The notes beneath the pieces are model-generated. The model was not told the DNA's origin, searched no databases, and worked only from the letters and a program-made list of their open reading frames with translations. Position numbers and translations under genes: made by a program. Positions 38,834-47,977 of a stretch of DNA of 64,000 nt are shown here, piece after piece. The first letter of the stretch is position 1. Every line of letters starts with the position of its first letter. The DNA comes from Deltaproteobacteria bacterium. GTDB taxonomy: Bacteria > Bdellovibrionota > UBA2394. The stretch lies in contig JAFLCD010000012.1 in assembly GCA_017302715.1 (NCBI GenBank), positions 480-64,479 on the forward strand, written 5' to 3'.

Positions 38834-39895
38834 GTGGTTGAAAATACTATCGAGAAGCTTCGTTCTTTAAGAGCAGAAGCCCTTCAAAAAATTTCTGCAG
38901 CGAAGACAAGCGATCAGCTTGAATCTGTTCGTGTGGAGTATCTTGGAAAAAAAGGAAAAGTTTCTGAAGTTCTTGCGGCACTTAAAGATCTAGATGCCGA
39001 TTCACGAAAAAAAGTCGGACAAATTTCAAATGAAGTGAAAAGCGTTTTAGAGGATGGAATTTCTTCCACTCGCGATCAACTTCAGCAAAGTGAAATGGAC
39101 GCTGAACTGAAAAAAGATTCTTTAGATTCTACGGCACCTGGCATTACATACTTTCGCGGAAAAATTCATCCCATTCGACAAGTTTTGCGAGAAGCGATTT
39201 CGATTTTAGAACTCGCAGGTTTATCTGCCGCCTATGGACCCGAAGTTGAATTTGAAGATTATTGTTTTGATAAGCTTAACTTTAAACCCGGTCACGCCGC
39301 TCGCGATATGCAGGCTACTTTTTTTGTAAAGACGGACGAAGGTGCTAAGCCGCTGGTGTTGCGCACGCATACGTCGCCGGTTCAAGTGCGAAGTTTGCTG
39401 ACGGCCGCAAAAAATAATTTTACTCTGCCCATTCGCATTCAGGCTCCTGGAAGAGTTTATAGAATGGATGACGATAGCACTCATGCTCCGATGTTTCATC
39501 AGATCGAAGGACTAGCGGTCGATACATCTTCGACCATGGGAGATCTGCGTGCCGTTTTAGATTTTTTCTTTCGAAAGTTTTTTGATCAGTCGGTGAAGAT
39601 TCGTTTTCGCCCGAGTTATTTTCCATTTACCGAACCTAGTGCCGAAGTCGATGTGTCTTGCGTATTTTGCGCGCAAAAGGGATGTCGCGTTTGCAAACAA
39701 AGCGGATGGATCGAAGTGGCCGGAGCGGGAATGGTGCATCCAGAAGTTTTTGAAGCTTGTGGATGGGATCCCAAAAAAGTTCAAGGCTGGGCCTTTGGAA
39801 TGGGAGTCGAAAGACTCGCCATGCTCAAACTTGGCGTTCCGGATTTGCGACTCTTCTTTGAAAATCGCATGAGCTTCTTGCGAGGAGCAAGATGA
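38834..39895 (+). CDS. pheS: Phenylalanine--tRNA ligase alpha subunit
   Basis: Class II motifs incl. FRPSYFPFTEPSAEVDV, GWAFGMGVERLAML. Confidence 0.9.
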   Translation: MVENTIEKLRSLRAEALQKISAAKTSDQLESVRVEYLGKKGKVSEVLAALKDLDADSRKKVGQISNEVKSVLEDGISSTRDQLQQSEMDAELKKDSLDSTAPGITYFRGKIHPIRQVLREAISILELAGLSAAYGPEVEFEDYCFDKLNFKPGHAARDMQATFFVKTDEGAKPLVLRTHTSPVQVRSLLTAAKNNFTLPIRIQAPGRVYRMDDDSTHAPMFHQIEGLAVDTSSTMGDLRAVLDFFFRKFFDQSVKIRFRPSYFPFTEPSAEVDVSCVFCAQKGCRVCKQSGWIEVAGAGMVHPEVFEACGWDPKKVQGWAFGMGVERLAMLKLGVPDLRLFFENRMSFLRGAR

Positions 39896-39917
39896 TGAAA
39901 CCAGTACGAGGAGCAAA

Positions 39918-42317
39918 ATGAAACTCAGCTATAAATATTTTAAAGAGCAGCTAGATTTTGATGGAAGTGCTCAAGACTTAGCTCGAGTTCTCGCAGATTT
40001 AGGATTTCCCAATGACGGCGTCACTCATCAAGGTGAGGGCCTCGATCAAGTTGTCGTAGGAAAAGTTTTAACAAAAAATAAGCATCCTCAAGCAGATCGT
40101 TTAAATTTACTCACTGTCGATGTGGGTTCTGAGCAGCTCCCCATCGTTTGCGGCGCGCAAAATATGGTGGTGGGAGATTTTGTTGCTCTTGCTCCGATCG
40201 GCGCCAAAATTCCTGGCAAAGATGGATCGGGACTTGTCATGAAAGAAGCGAAAATTCGCGGCGAGACTTCGAAGGGAATGTGTTGTTCTGAAGTTGAGCT
40301 TCGGCTTTCGGATGAGAGCGATGGGATTTTGCTTTTACCTAAAGACAAAGCGAATGACTCAACACTTGGAAAAAAAGTTTCGGATATTTTAAATCTTCAA
40401 GATTGGATTTTAGATATCGATGTTACTCCAAATCGTGGAGATGCGTTGAGCTACAGAGGACTCGCTCGAGAAGTTTCGGCAAAGACTGGAGTGAAACTCA
40501 AATCCTTAGCCACATTAAAGTGGAAAAATCCGACAAGCGGAATTAATCCCACGATCGAAAATTTAAAAGATGCTTCGGGCTTTGCAGCTTGTCTCGTTCA
40601 AGGGGTGAATTCAAAACCCACTCCCGAATTTTGGCAGAATTTTTTGCAAAAATCCGGAGCGAGAAGCATTTCGAATCTCGTCGACGTGACCAATATTGTT
40701 TTGTTTGAGCTCGGCCACCCCATTCATTTTTTTGATGCCGATAAAGTGGATCCTGCAACGATCCAGGTGCGACGAGCCAAAGCTGGTGAAAGTGTAAAAC
40801 TTTTAAATGATCAAACGATCAAGCTTGATCCAGAAGATCTTGTGATCGCCGATTCTTCAGGTGTTTTAAGTTTGGCGGGCATTATGGGAGGAGCAGAGTC
40901 TTCGGTTTCTTCCACCACGAGGAATATTTTGATCGAGGCTGCTTGTTTTAATCCTGTTTTGATTCGGGCGACGGCAAAACGACACGGTCTTTCTTCGGAG
41001 TCGAGTCATCGCTTTGAGCGCGGACTGACTCCTTTTCGTCTCGATGAAGTGATTGAACGTGCGATTGGACTTCTCAAAGAACTATCAGGTTTTGAAACGG
41101 CGGCGGGAACCAAAGTTATCGATCGGCATCTCGAAAAAAAATCCATTTTATATGAACGCGCCAAAGTCGAAGCCAAACTTGGAAAGCTCGCACCGACCGA
41201 CGAAGAAATTTTTGAGATGCTCAGACGTCTCGATTATGAGATCCAGCCTAAAGGTTCGACGGCGGTTTTAGGTTTTCCCTGGTATCGCACCGATATGTCG
41301 CATCTTGAAGATGTGATGGAAGATATCGCGCGCTTACTCGGCTACGAAAATCTTGCTAAAGTTCCGCTCAAATCTTTTGAATCGGTCTCGACTCTTAAAG
41401 ATTTAAGCCCGATGCACTCGCTTTCGGATAAAATTCTAAACGAATTTATTTCGATTGGATTTTCTGAAGCCATTCATATGAGTTTTGCTGATGAAAAATG
41501 GGAAAAGAAGTTGGGGTTAACCACTGGCGAATCGGTTGCGCTTCAAAATCCTATTCATTCCGAAAAGTCTCATCTGCGTCGAACTCTTGCAGGCGGATTA
41601 CTCGAACGAGCTCAACTCAACGCGAATCACTCTGAAGATGAGATTCGTTTAGTCGAGGTCGGTCCGGTTTTCAAAAAAACGGGCGCCTCTCTCTATGATG
41701 AGAGCCCGGTGAGCGAGGAATTTCGGGTCGGATGCGTTTGGTTAGTTCAAGCTCAAGACAAAAAACGACTTTGGAGCAATAAAGCCGACGCCTTTTACGA
41801 ATTTAAGGGCGCTATTCAGTCTGTTTTAGGACAAGTCTCTCTCGAAAGAGCTGAAACTTTGCCCACCAGTCTATTTCATCCCAATCGGATTTTAAATTTT
41901 ACCTCAGGAATCGCCGGCGAGCTTCATCCTCGGTTGATGAAACTGCTCGATTTATCGGGAAGATGCTTTATAGGCGAGTGGACCTTGCAAGGCGCCGAGA
42001 GAAAATTCAAATACGAGCAGCCACCCCAATTTCCTTCGATCGATCTCGATGTTTCGTTCTTAGTCCCCAAGACGTTGAGCGTTCAGGAGATGCTCGATTG
42101 CTTTAAGAAATCGAGTTCACAGATTCTTGAATGGGTTCGACCGTATGATTTATATGAGTCAAAAGATTTGGGAACACAGAAAAAATCGATGACCTTTGCA
42201 ATGCGTTATCGAGATCCAGCGAAAACTTTAACCATGGAAGAAGCAAAGCAGGCTCACGATAAAATTGTGGAGGCTGCCATGAAGACTTTTGCCAAAGATC
42301 AAATTGCGTTGCGTTAA
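39918..42317 (+). CDS. pheT: Phenylalanine--tRNA ligase beta subunit
   Basis: 799 aa; tRNA-binding N-domain, B3/4, B5, FDX-ACB arrangement by similarity. Confidence 0.9.
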   Translation: MKLSYKYFKEQLDFDGSAQDLARVLADLGFPNDGVTHQGEGLDQVVVGKVLTKNKHPQADRLNLLTVDVGSEQLPIVCGAQNMVVGDFVALAPIGAKIPGKDGSGLVMKEAKIRGETSKGMCCSEVELRLSDESDGILLLPKDKANDSTLGKKVSDILNLQDWILDIDVTPNRGDALSYRGLAREVSAKTGVKLKSLATLKWKNPTSGINPTIENLKDASGFAACLVQGVNSKPTPEFWQNFLQKSGARSISNLVDVTNIVLFELGHPIHFFDADKVDPATIQVRRAKAGESVKLLNDQTIKLDPEDLVIADSSGVLSLAGIMGGAESSVSSTTRNILIEAACFNPVLIRATAKRHGLSSESSHRFERGLTPFRLDEVIERAIGLLKELSGFETAAGTKVIDRHLEKKSILYERAKVEAKLGKLAPTDEEIFEMLRRLDYEIQPKGSTAVLGFPWYRTDMSHLEDVMEDIARLLGYENLAKVPLKSFESVSTLKDLSPMHSLSDKILNEFISIGFSEAIHMSFADEKWEKKLGLTTGESVALQNPIHSEKSHLRRTLAGGLLERAQLNANHSEDEIRLVEVGPVFKKTGASLYDESPVSEEFRVGCVWLVQAQDKKRLWSNKADAFYEFKGAIQSVLGQVSLERAETLPTSLFHPNRILNFTSGIAGELHPRLMKLLDLSGRCFIGEWTLQGAERKFKYEQPPQFPSIDLDVSFLVPKTLSVQEMLDCFKKSSSQILEWVRPYDLYESKDLGTQKKSMTFAMRYRDPAKTLTMEEAKQAHDKIVEAAMKTFAKDQIALR

Positions 42318-42426
42318 CACCGTGAAAAAGTTGAGCTTTTTAATTCTTGGTGCCTTGCCGCGAGAGTCTTCTGCCGCTTAAAATAAAGAGAGCGGGGGTA
42401 ATATGAATTCTACCGAAGGAAACAAA

Positions 42427-42750
42427 ATGACACTGACGAAGGCTGATATTGTTGATCAGGTCTTCGAAAAAGTGGGGCTTACCAAAAAAGAAGCGACCGA
42501 CATCGTTGAATTTGTTTTCGATTCTTTAAAAGACACTTTAAAAAAAGGCGACAAGATCAAAATTTCTGGATTTGGAAATTTCGTCGTTCGCAAAAAGAAA
42601 TCTCGAGTGGGAAGAAACCCTCAAACGGGTGAAGAGATGACGATCACCGCTCGCAGCGTTTTGACTTTCAAACCTTCACAAGTTTTACGAGCCATTTTGA
42701 ATCGTGATCTCGGTGGAAAAAATAGAGAAGGTCAAAAACATGCGGGATAA
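42427..42750 (+). CDS. ihfA: Integration host factor alpha / HU-family DNA-binding protein
   Basis: MTLTKADIVDQVFEK...GFGNFVVRKKKSRVGRNPQTGEEM; conserved position after pheT. Confidence 0.75.
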   Translation: MTLTKADIVDQVFEKVGLTKKEATDIVEFVFDSLKDTLKKGDKIKISGFGNFVVRKKKSRVGRNPQTGEEMTITARSVLTFKPSQVLRAILNRDLGGKNREGQKHAG

Positions 42751-42908
42751 TCGCGCTATTTCTTTGAAGCGTAAAACTCGATCGACCAAGAAAACCTTGG
42801 CTTCGACATCGCAAGTTTCGAAAAAAAATTCTCTTCGAATGTGTAAGTCTCGATTGGTTCGTTTAAGAAATCAGATGGAAGATCTGATTTTATTGTTCGA
42901 ATAAATCG

Positions 42909-42960
42909 CCCGCCCAAATCTCTGGCCACTTATCTCTGGCGATTATTTTTTTTGTTTTAA
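42909..42960. terminator. Putative bidirectional terminator between ihfA operon and convergent gene
   Basis: aatcgcc ... ggcgatt stem followed by ATTATTTTTTTTGTTTT on + strand; minus-strand gene stops at 42943. Confidence 0.35.
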
Positions 42961-43575
42961 TTTTGGACGTTTGGATTCTTGCTGAAGAACTTCTTGAAGT
43001 TCTTTCGTCACTTGCTCGGCGATCTCTCTGTTTTGCGAAGTATTTTTTAAGTTCGCAAGTAGCGAGGGCTGAACCGCTTGAGCTCGATAATAAGTAAGTT
43101 CTAAAAGTTTCGATAAATCGCCGACGAGAAAACTTGTTTGTGCCACCGTTTCAGCCGTCTGAGCATTTTGCGTTGTGCGCGGAATTTCTAATTCTTCAAC
43201 TAGTTTTTGCAGTGCCATTTGCTGAACGACAGGGTCTTTATGTTTAAGGCGTGCCACGATCGAGTCCATCGTCTGAGGTTGCAAACTTCCTGCCGCTAAG
43301 AGGGCCACTTGATGCCAGGTGGTGAGAGGTAACTTAGGATCATTCGGAACCGAGGGAACCATAGCCGCCAATCGAGAGAGATCTTTTTGCATCTCAAGTT
43401 GCGTAGTGAGGCGTTGAAGTTCAAGTTCGCGAATGGTGTTCGTGGTTTCAGGATTTAAAACTATCTTCATCGTCGCTGTGATTTCTTGCTGAGCTTGTTT
43501 TGCCAAAGGAGAAATCAGAGGCGAGATTTGCGCGGCAATCAGGAGGCTAGAGATGGCGAAAATTTTTGAAATCAT
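42943..43575 (-). CDS. Secreted hypothetical protein (Q/L-rich, coiled-coil-like)
   Basis: Signal peptide MISKIFAISSLLIAAQISPL; no family recognised. Confidence 0.45.
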   Translation of the reverse strand: MISKIFAISSLLIAAQISPLISPLAKQAQQEITATMKIVLNPETTNTIRELELQRLTTQLEMQKDLSRLAAMVPSVPNDPKLPLTTWHQVALLAAGSLQPQTMDSIVARLKHKDPVVQQMALQKLVEELEIPRTTQNAQTAETVAQTSFLVGDLSKLLELTYYRAQAVQPSLLANLKNTSQNREIAEQVTKELQEVLQQESKRPKLKQKK

Positions 43576-43699
43576 AAGTTAAATCGTGGGTCTTCATAGC
43601 CGATATTCAGGGATTTAACTAGGGGGCGCGAAATGGGGTTTGGACCCTTGCTCCCGGGCATAAAATCATCTTAAGTTTGTGGATCTACCGTATATAAGT

Positions 43700-43776
43700 C
43701 GGGGTGTGGCTCAGCCTGGTAGAGCACCTGCTTGGGGTGCAGGGGGTCGTCAGTTCAAATCTGGCCACCCCGACCA
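43700..43776 (+). tRNA. tRNA-Pro (anticodon GGG), CCA encoded
   Basis: Manual cloverleaf: acceptor CGGGGTG/CACCCCG, D-arm GCTC-AGCCTGGTA-GAGC, anticodon arm CCTGC-TTGGGGT-GCAGG, T-arm GTCAG-TTCAAAT-CTGGC, discriminator A + CCA. Confidence 0.85.
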
Positions 43777-43794
43777 TTTGACCCCGAAAGAGCA

Positions 43795-44451
43795 ATGTCC
43801 GAATATACCCGAGGAAGGGGCTTTACGAGATATTGTTCCAGTATCAGCTTAGTAATGAATGTATCTTTTGAACCAATTCAGTTTCTCGCAGAAGGCCCAA
43901 TAGCCCAAAAACTTCACGATATTGTTTCAAAGCAGATGGATCTGCATCAAGCATTGGGTTCTTTGATGGAGTTGAATAGCCTGAAAGATAAAAACCAAAA
44001 TAATTTGAATGAAAGCGAGAAAATAATTTCAGCCAGCCTTTGGACAAGCTCGCTGGTTGAATATTCAAAACTTTTTAACACTGGAAGAAGGACATGGCTG
44101 TCGCCAGATATTTTCGATAAACCGCCTTTTGAGTCGAACTCAAAATTGCTGCATGAAAAATTATATAATTTACGAAATGAGCATATTGCTCATCGTGTTG
44201 ATACTCATCTCCAGCAAATAAAAATTATTTTTCTTTTGGCTGATCCTAGGTATGTAGAAAAAAATTTGCTTGGGGTTGGTTGCCTAATGGCAAAGTATAT
44301 TGGACCGACTCTGGATGAGCTGAAGAACTACATAGCACATACTGTGAAACTGGAGCAGTGGTTATCATCAGAAGCTGAAAAGTTAAAGGCGGAGTTAATT
44401 GAATATGGCAAACCTTTGACGTCCAAAATGTATACCAAGCTTAAACTCTGA
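43795..44451 (+). CDS. Hypothetical protein (orphan; AT-richer)
   Basis: ORF after tRNA-Pro; ATG at 43795 chosen because ORF-track start overlaps tRNA. Confidence 0.4.
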   Translation: MSEYTRGRGFTRYCSSISLVMNVSFEPIQFLAEGPIAQKLHDIVSKQMDLHQALGSLMELNSLKDKNQNNLNESEKIISASLWTSSLVEYSKLFNTGRRTWLSPDIFDKPPFESNSKLLHEKLYNLRNEHIAHRVDTHLQQIKIIFLLADPRYVEKNLLGVGCLMAKYIGPTLDELKNYIAHTVKLEQWLSSEAEKLKAELIEYGKPLTSKMYTKLKL

Positions 44452-44456
44452 CGAAC

Positions 44457-44981
44457 TCATCGCTCTATTAGTCTTGCCATTGTTATTTCGTCTCTTAATT
44501 CGCCACGAATTGTTTCAGACTTAATTAGATGAGTGCGCTTTTGAAATCCCAAGCGTTTCATCAATTGTACCGAACGAATATTCTGACTATCGAGCTTCAC
44601 CCATAAAAGCTTGAGCTGAAAATTTTGCTGAAGATCGGCAATCATCAGTCGGCATGCTTCTTCCGCGAAACCCTGCCCCCAGGAAGCTGGATGTAAAACA
44701 TATACAATATCTGCTTCTTTTATTTTATGATCGATTGTTGCTTGGATGTAACCGATAAGGCGATCAGCTCCAATATTTCTGATAACCCAATTTTTCCAAA
44801 TTTGATATCCATCTGGAGATTTTTCGAGAGAGAGTTTTTGATACCGTTCTGTTAAAGCTGCGACGGATTTTGGAGGAGTATCAGGTATAAATTCGTAAAT
44901 CTCCTGTGGGCTTAAGACTTCGAACATTTCTTTCGCATGTCGAGGTTGAATTGGTTCTAATTCAATACGCCCATCTTTCAT
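44457..44981 (-). CDS. GNAT-family N-acetyltransferase (RimJ/RimL-like)
   Basis: Acetyl-CoA binding core ...VYVLHPASWGQGFAEEACRLMI... Confidence 0.65.
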   Translation of the reverse strand: MKDGRIELEPIQPRHAKEMFEVLSPQEIYEFIPDTPPKSVAALTERYQKLSLEKSPDGYQIWKNWVIRNIGADRLIGYIQATIDHKIKEADIVYVLHPASWGQGFAEEACRLMIADLQQNFQLKLLWVKLDSQNIRSVQLMKRLGFQKRTHLIKSETIRGELRDEITMARLIER

Positions 44982-45238
44982 GTTGAAGTGCTGACATTGA
45001 TTTGTTGGGTAATTTGAGGGATTCCAAAATCAATACGAACTTTTCTCATGCACGTATCAGGATTGATCATCAAAACACAATTCGCTGCGCTGGATGATAC
45101 GATATTCGCTGCTACGAAAGATAACCCCTTCCCAAGGTCGTTCATTTGTTTAATTTTATCTGAGCCTAAATGAGCGGCGGTTATATAACTCATTCCGTAG
45201 GCAGCCAAGCATGTCCATACTATTGGTTTATGTTCCAT
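44978..45238 (-). CDS. Small hypothetical protein, 4-bp overlap with GNAT gene
   Basis: ORF only. Confidence 0.25.
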   Translation of the reverse strand: MEHKPIVWTCLAAYGMSYITAAHLGSDKIKQMNDLGKGLSFVAANIVSSSAANCVLMINPDTCMRKVRIDFGIPQITQQINVSTST

Positions 45239-45473
45239 GTTTTTATTATATCACGGCTCTGTGTCTAAATTCGCTCTGAATTTCCTGCACCCATTCGAAT
45301 AGAAGATTTGTGAAATTGAACGAGGACGATGATTTTAGAATTGCCGATCTTTCAGCAATCTGAGTTGCTGAAAAAGTATCCTTTACATACATTCCTTCAA
45401 TTTCTGCTTGGTCGATTCTTTCCCTCATCCATCTTTTCTACCACCCAGTTTCGCTTCAGGCCCTGAAGGAGGC

Positions 45474-47012
45474 TCACGGTCTGAACATATAAACAGACAA
45501 CTCATCTATGTTTAAATCAGGGCGCTTTTGATTCTGAGAATCGCGTGGCAAATCTTTCAAAAAGAAAAGATGAGTTTCGTTAAAACTTTTCACCGAGATT
45601 CGATCTCCTCGAGCGCTCATATGCACTGTTGAGTTATGTTCTGTATTTGGGCGTATTCCTTTTGGATAAGGAATAAATCCAGAGAGGTTGGGTGCAGTAT
45701 CACCATTGAAATCTGCAATGGTGATGCCTTCCAGAGAGCTGGTTACGATTCTTAAAAATCCATCGTTAGTAAGATTCAAAGCAGGTGATGACGTTTGATT
45801 CTCTGGTGAAACAAAATGAATGGGATTTTTTTGAGGAGCTTCTAAATCCCAAAGTAAAGTGATGTAGCGATAAGAAATCCGTCGAGTTTTGCTTTTAAAA
45901 ACTTCCGCCCGAATAGCCACCGCCAGCCAGCGATCATTGGCACTAATCGCTGCATTAAAAAGATGAAGCTCTCTCAATTTTTCACCTGCTCTCATTAATG
46001 GCTGAATTATTTCTGCTGAGACTCGGCGTAAATAGGGCAGATTTGTTTTCTGAACTTTTTCATCGACATTCCACAGCTGAAAAACGTCATCACTGCCATA
46101 CTGAGTTACTAAATATTTTCCTGATGCGGACAGTACGACCGATTTTCCCGTCGCGATGCCATCTTTTGCTTCCAAATCAGAGAAAGAGCGTTCTGAGAGA
46201 GCGGTGCTTTGTTGTGGGTCAACTTCCGACCTCTTAAAAATTTTGGTTTGCCAGGTGCGTCCTCCTAGGCCTTTTCCGTTTACGAAGGCGATGGATGAGA
46301 GATTTTCGGAGAACGTGCTCAACGCCCAGCTTGGGTTATCGCTAGGAAACTGAATCTGATAAAAAATATTTCCAGATCCGTCTTGCGAAGGATCTGTTTT
46401 TGCGAACTGAAGTATGTAGAAGCCGTCTCTGATTCTTTGAATTATATGGGAGCTTGCTTGAGTGTAAGAGTGCTTTAGTTTTGGTTCGCGACGGTATTGA
46501 ATCCCTACCGAACCCCCCACACTGCTATATCCGTGAGCATGAATAAGGGCTTCTACGCCTTCCTTCAAAAGGGGGCGAAAATGGTCATTATGCAAATAAT
46601 AGAGGCCTAATTTTTTGGTAATCAGTCCTGTATGCGTTGCATTAGGTACTCTCCTCATATTTACAAAAGCAATTTCGTAATGGGGATCTAAATATTTATC
46701 AGCAGTCGGAAGAAATCGTAGGCTGGGATTTTCCTGATTCACGTTTACATAAATAGCGTAATCGGGAGGAGATTCATCAGTTTCCTCTGTCACACTATTG
46801 TTCTTCCATATTCCAACCAGTGCATCTCCCCGGGCATTCACTCTTGCGAGCAGTTTATTAGAGAAAAGAATTCCGCTCAGGTTTTTGACAATGTTCGCAC
46901 AATTATAAAATGTAATTTCACCGCCAGAAGTTTTTGTGAGCGAATCTGCAAAAGTGGAAAGGGGTAGATAAAATCCCGCAGTCAGGAATAGTAATGCAAG
47001 AAGTGCCTTCAT
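45474..47012 (-). CDS. Secreted hypothetical protein (512 aa)
   Basis: Signal peptide MKALLALLFLTAGFYLPLSTFA; no family recognised. Confidence 0.45.
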   Translation of the reverse strand: MKALLALLFLTAGFYLPLSTFADSLTKTSGGEITFYNCANIVKNLSGILFSNKLLARVNARGDALVGIWKNNSVTEETDESPPDYAIYVNVNQENPSLRFLPTADKYLDPHYEIAFVNMRRVPNATHTGLITKKLGLYYLHNDHFRPLLKEGVEALIHAHGYSSVGGSVGIQYRREPKLKHSYTQASSHIIQRIRDGFYILQFAKTDPSQDGSGNIFYQIQFPSDNPSWALSTFSENLSSIAFVNGKGLGGRTWQTKIFKRSEVDPQQSTALSERSFSDLEAKDGIATGKSVVLSASGKYLVTQYGSDDVFQLWNVDEKVQKTNLPYLRRVSAEIIQPLMRAGEKLRELHLFNAAISANDRWLAVAIRAEVFKSKTRRISYRYITLLWDLEAPQKNPIHFVSPENQTSSPALNLTNDGFLRIVTSSLEGITIADFNGDTAPNLSGFIPYPKGIRPNTEHNSTVHMSARGDRISVKSFNETHLFFLKDLPRDSQNQKRPDLNIDELSVYMFRP

Positions 47013-47232
47013 CCGAGACTCTCCTTAAACATTTTTATTTAGAAAAGCATATCTGAACTTGAAATTTTCTTATGGGGATCAAAAATGGGGGAATCCTCGC
47101 TTTGAAAAGGTTTTGTAAAATTGATTGTTTGGCGGTGGTCTTCCATCTGAAACATCAAGCCGTTTATTTTTGTAAACACTTGTTTATTTTTTCAATTGCT
47201 CCTCTACGAAAGCAAATGTTATCAATTTATTC

Positions 47233-47973
47233 ATGTACCGCGAATGCTTGATAGGTGAGCTAAAACAGAGACAAGAAAAGAATCCTCGGTATTCGCTTAG
47301 AGCATTCGCCAGATTTTTGGGTGTGAGTCCGGCGTATCTTTCTCTTGTTTTTAACGGTCAAAAAAAACTCAGCTCAAAGCAAGCTGTGAGGTTTTCTGAA
47401 ATTCTTGATCTAAGTCCCACTGCCTCTCGAAAATTTATTAAGTCCACCATTCATAAAAATGCATCAAAGACACTTTCAGTTTTGAGTCGTCGATTGGTAA
47501 GCGACTCCGAACTTGAATCAATGGGCAGTTGGGAACATTACGCCGTATTGGGTCTTGCGAATTTGAGTGTTAACAAAGCGAATCCGGCATGGATTGCTAG
47601 AAAACTTGGCATCTCCCATTCAAGGGCACTTGAAATTTACACACGATTAAAGCAGATGGGCTTCATTGAAGAGAAGCAAGGATCGTTTTATCAGTGTTCC
47701 AATCCTCTTGATACGGCTCCCGAGATCCCATCGAGCGTCGTTCGAAAATATCATGCAGAATGTTTGAATGTAGCAGCGGAAGCATTACGAACTATTTCCG
47801 TGGAGCGAAGACATTATTCAACTCTTACGATGTCTGTTGACCCAAAAAAAATCGAAAAAGCAAAACAACTAATTGAAGATTTCAAAACTTCGATGGAAGA
47901 GCTGTTAGAAAGCGGAACTCGCGGTGAGGTCTACAATCTTCAGATTCAACTCTACCCATTAACGAAAGGATAA
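47233..47973 (+). CDS. HTH-containing regulator-like protein (TIGR02147-like)
   Basis: N-terminal HTH YSLRAFARFLGVSPAYLSLVFNGQKKLS; family assignment from memory, not verified. Confidence 0.45.
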   Translation: MYRECLIGELKQRQEKNPRYSLRAFARFLGVSPAYLSLVFNGQKKLSSKQAVRFSEILDLSPTASRKFIKSTIHKNASKTLSVLSRRLVSDSELESMGSWEHYAVLGLANLSVNKANPAWIARKLGISHSRALEIYTRLKQMGFIEEKQGSFYQCSNPLDTAPEIPSSVVRKYHAECLNVAAEALRTISVERRHYSTLTMSVDPKKIEKAKQLIEDFKTSMEELLESGTRGEVYNLQIQLYPLTKG

Positions 47974-47977
47974 AATT

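Noticed and set aside
43660-43699. Possible sigma70 promoter for tRNA-Pro (TATATA at 43691-43696, TTGTGG at 43677)
   Set aside because: Spacing between candidate -35 and -10 is only ~8 nt and the -10 is too close to the mature 5' end; could not place a convincing promoter
44457-45238. GNAT + small upstream ORF as a TacT/AtaT-like GNAT toxin-antitoxin pair
   Set aside because: GNAT sequence looks RimL/RimJ-like rather than tRNA-acetylating toxin type; the 86-aa partner lacks RHH/DUF1778 features
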